Assembly (NCBI GenBank): GCA_036501065.1
Contig: DASYAY010000093.1
Coordinates: 28,191-92,190, forward strand
Length of the DNA stretch: 64,000 nt
From: Chthoniobacter sp.
GTDB taxonomy: Bacteria > Verrucomicrobiota > Verrucomicrobiia > Chthoniobacterales > Chthoniobacteraceae
Direction: 5' to 3'
Positions within the stretch are counted from its first letter, which is position 1; the number at the start of each line of letters is the position of its first letter. The notes under the pieces were generated by a model. The model was not told the origin of the DNA, ran no database searches, and worked only from the letters and a program-made list of their open reading frames with translations. The position numbers and the translations under genes are program-made. This document shows positions 63,728 through 64,000 of the stretch, in pieces.

Positions 63728-64000
63728 ATGCACGTCCGTACCCACCCGCTTTTAATCCTCGCCGCCACTCTCGCGCCCCTGGCGCTGCACGCGGAGACCC
63801 ACGAGCTCACCCTGGAGCGCGATGTGCGGCCCATCCTCAAGGAGCATTGCTTCCAATGCCACGGGGAAGGCGGCCGGCTCAAGGGTGGCGTGGACCTGCG
63901 CTTGCGCCGCTTCATGGAGAAGACGGACAAGGACGGCGATCAGGTGATGGTCCCCGGCAAGCCCGAGGAAAGCGAGATGCTCCAACTCGTCCGCGACGGT
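63728..64000 (+). CDS. Exported protein with planctomycete-type cytochrome c domain (partial, runs off the window)
   Basis: My translation: MHVRTHPLLILAATLAPLALHA-ETHELTLERDVRPILKEHCFQCHGEGGRLKGGVDLR...VPGKPEESEMLQLV. It has a signal peptide, the RDVRPIL..CxxCHG heme motif and the VPGKPEES motif typical of PSCyt1 domains, often fused to DUF1549/DUF1553. Confidence 0.85.
   Translation, partial: MHVRTHPLLILAATLAPLALHAETHELTLERDVRPILKEHCFQCHGEGGRLKGGVDLRLRRFMEKTDKDGDQVMVPGKPEESEMLQLVRDG

Overview
This is a GC-rich bacterial window. The PEP-CTERM/PATR protein, planctomycete-type cytochrome c gene and heptamer repeats suggest Verrucomicrobia, probably Chthoniobacter-like (inference). About 44 kb (53873->9952, minus strand) encodes one giant Gly/Thr/Ser/Ala/Asn-rich surface protein. 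It has an N-terminal signal peptide, many autotransporter-passenger-associated (PATR) repeats, a PA14 domain, about 24 copies of a small inserted module and a C-terminal PEP-CTERM anchor. One missing base at 23305-23307 splits it into two ORFs; restored, it is 14,640 aa. Six TPR-glycosyltransferase genes enclose it: two GT41 (OGT/SPINDLY-like) genes directly downstream, and three GT41 plus one GT9-like gene divergently upstream. I propose this is a dedicated cytoplasmic glycosylation system for a giant adhesin. Three of the GT41 paralogs carry in-frame palindromic 7-bp repeat arrays at the same loop. The left end holds a secreted TPR-like protein, a lipoprotein amidase and a csoR-copA copper operon with its operator. 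The right end holds the start of a planctomycete-type cytochrome c protein. No rRNA, tRNA, CRISPR array or transposase was seen.
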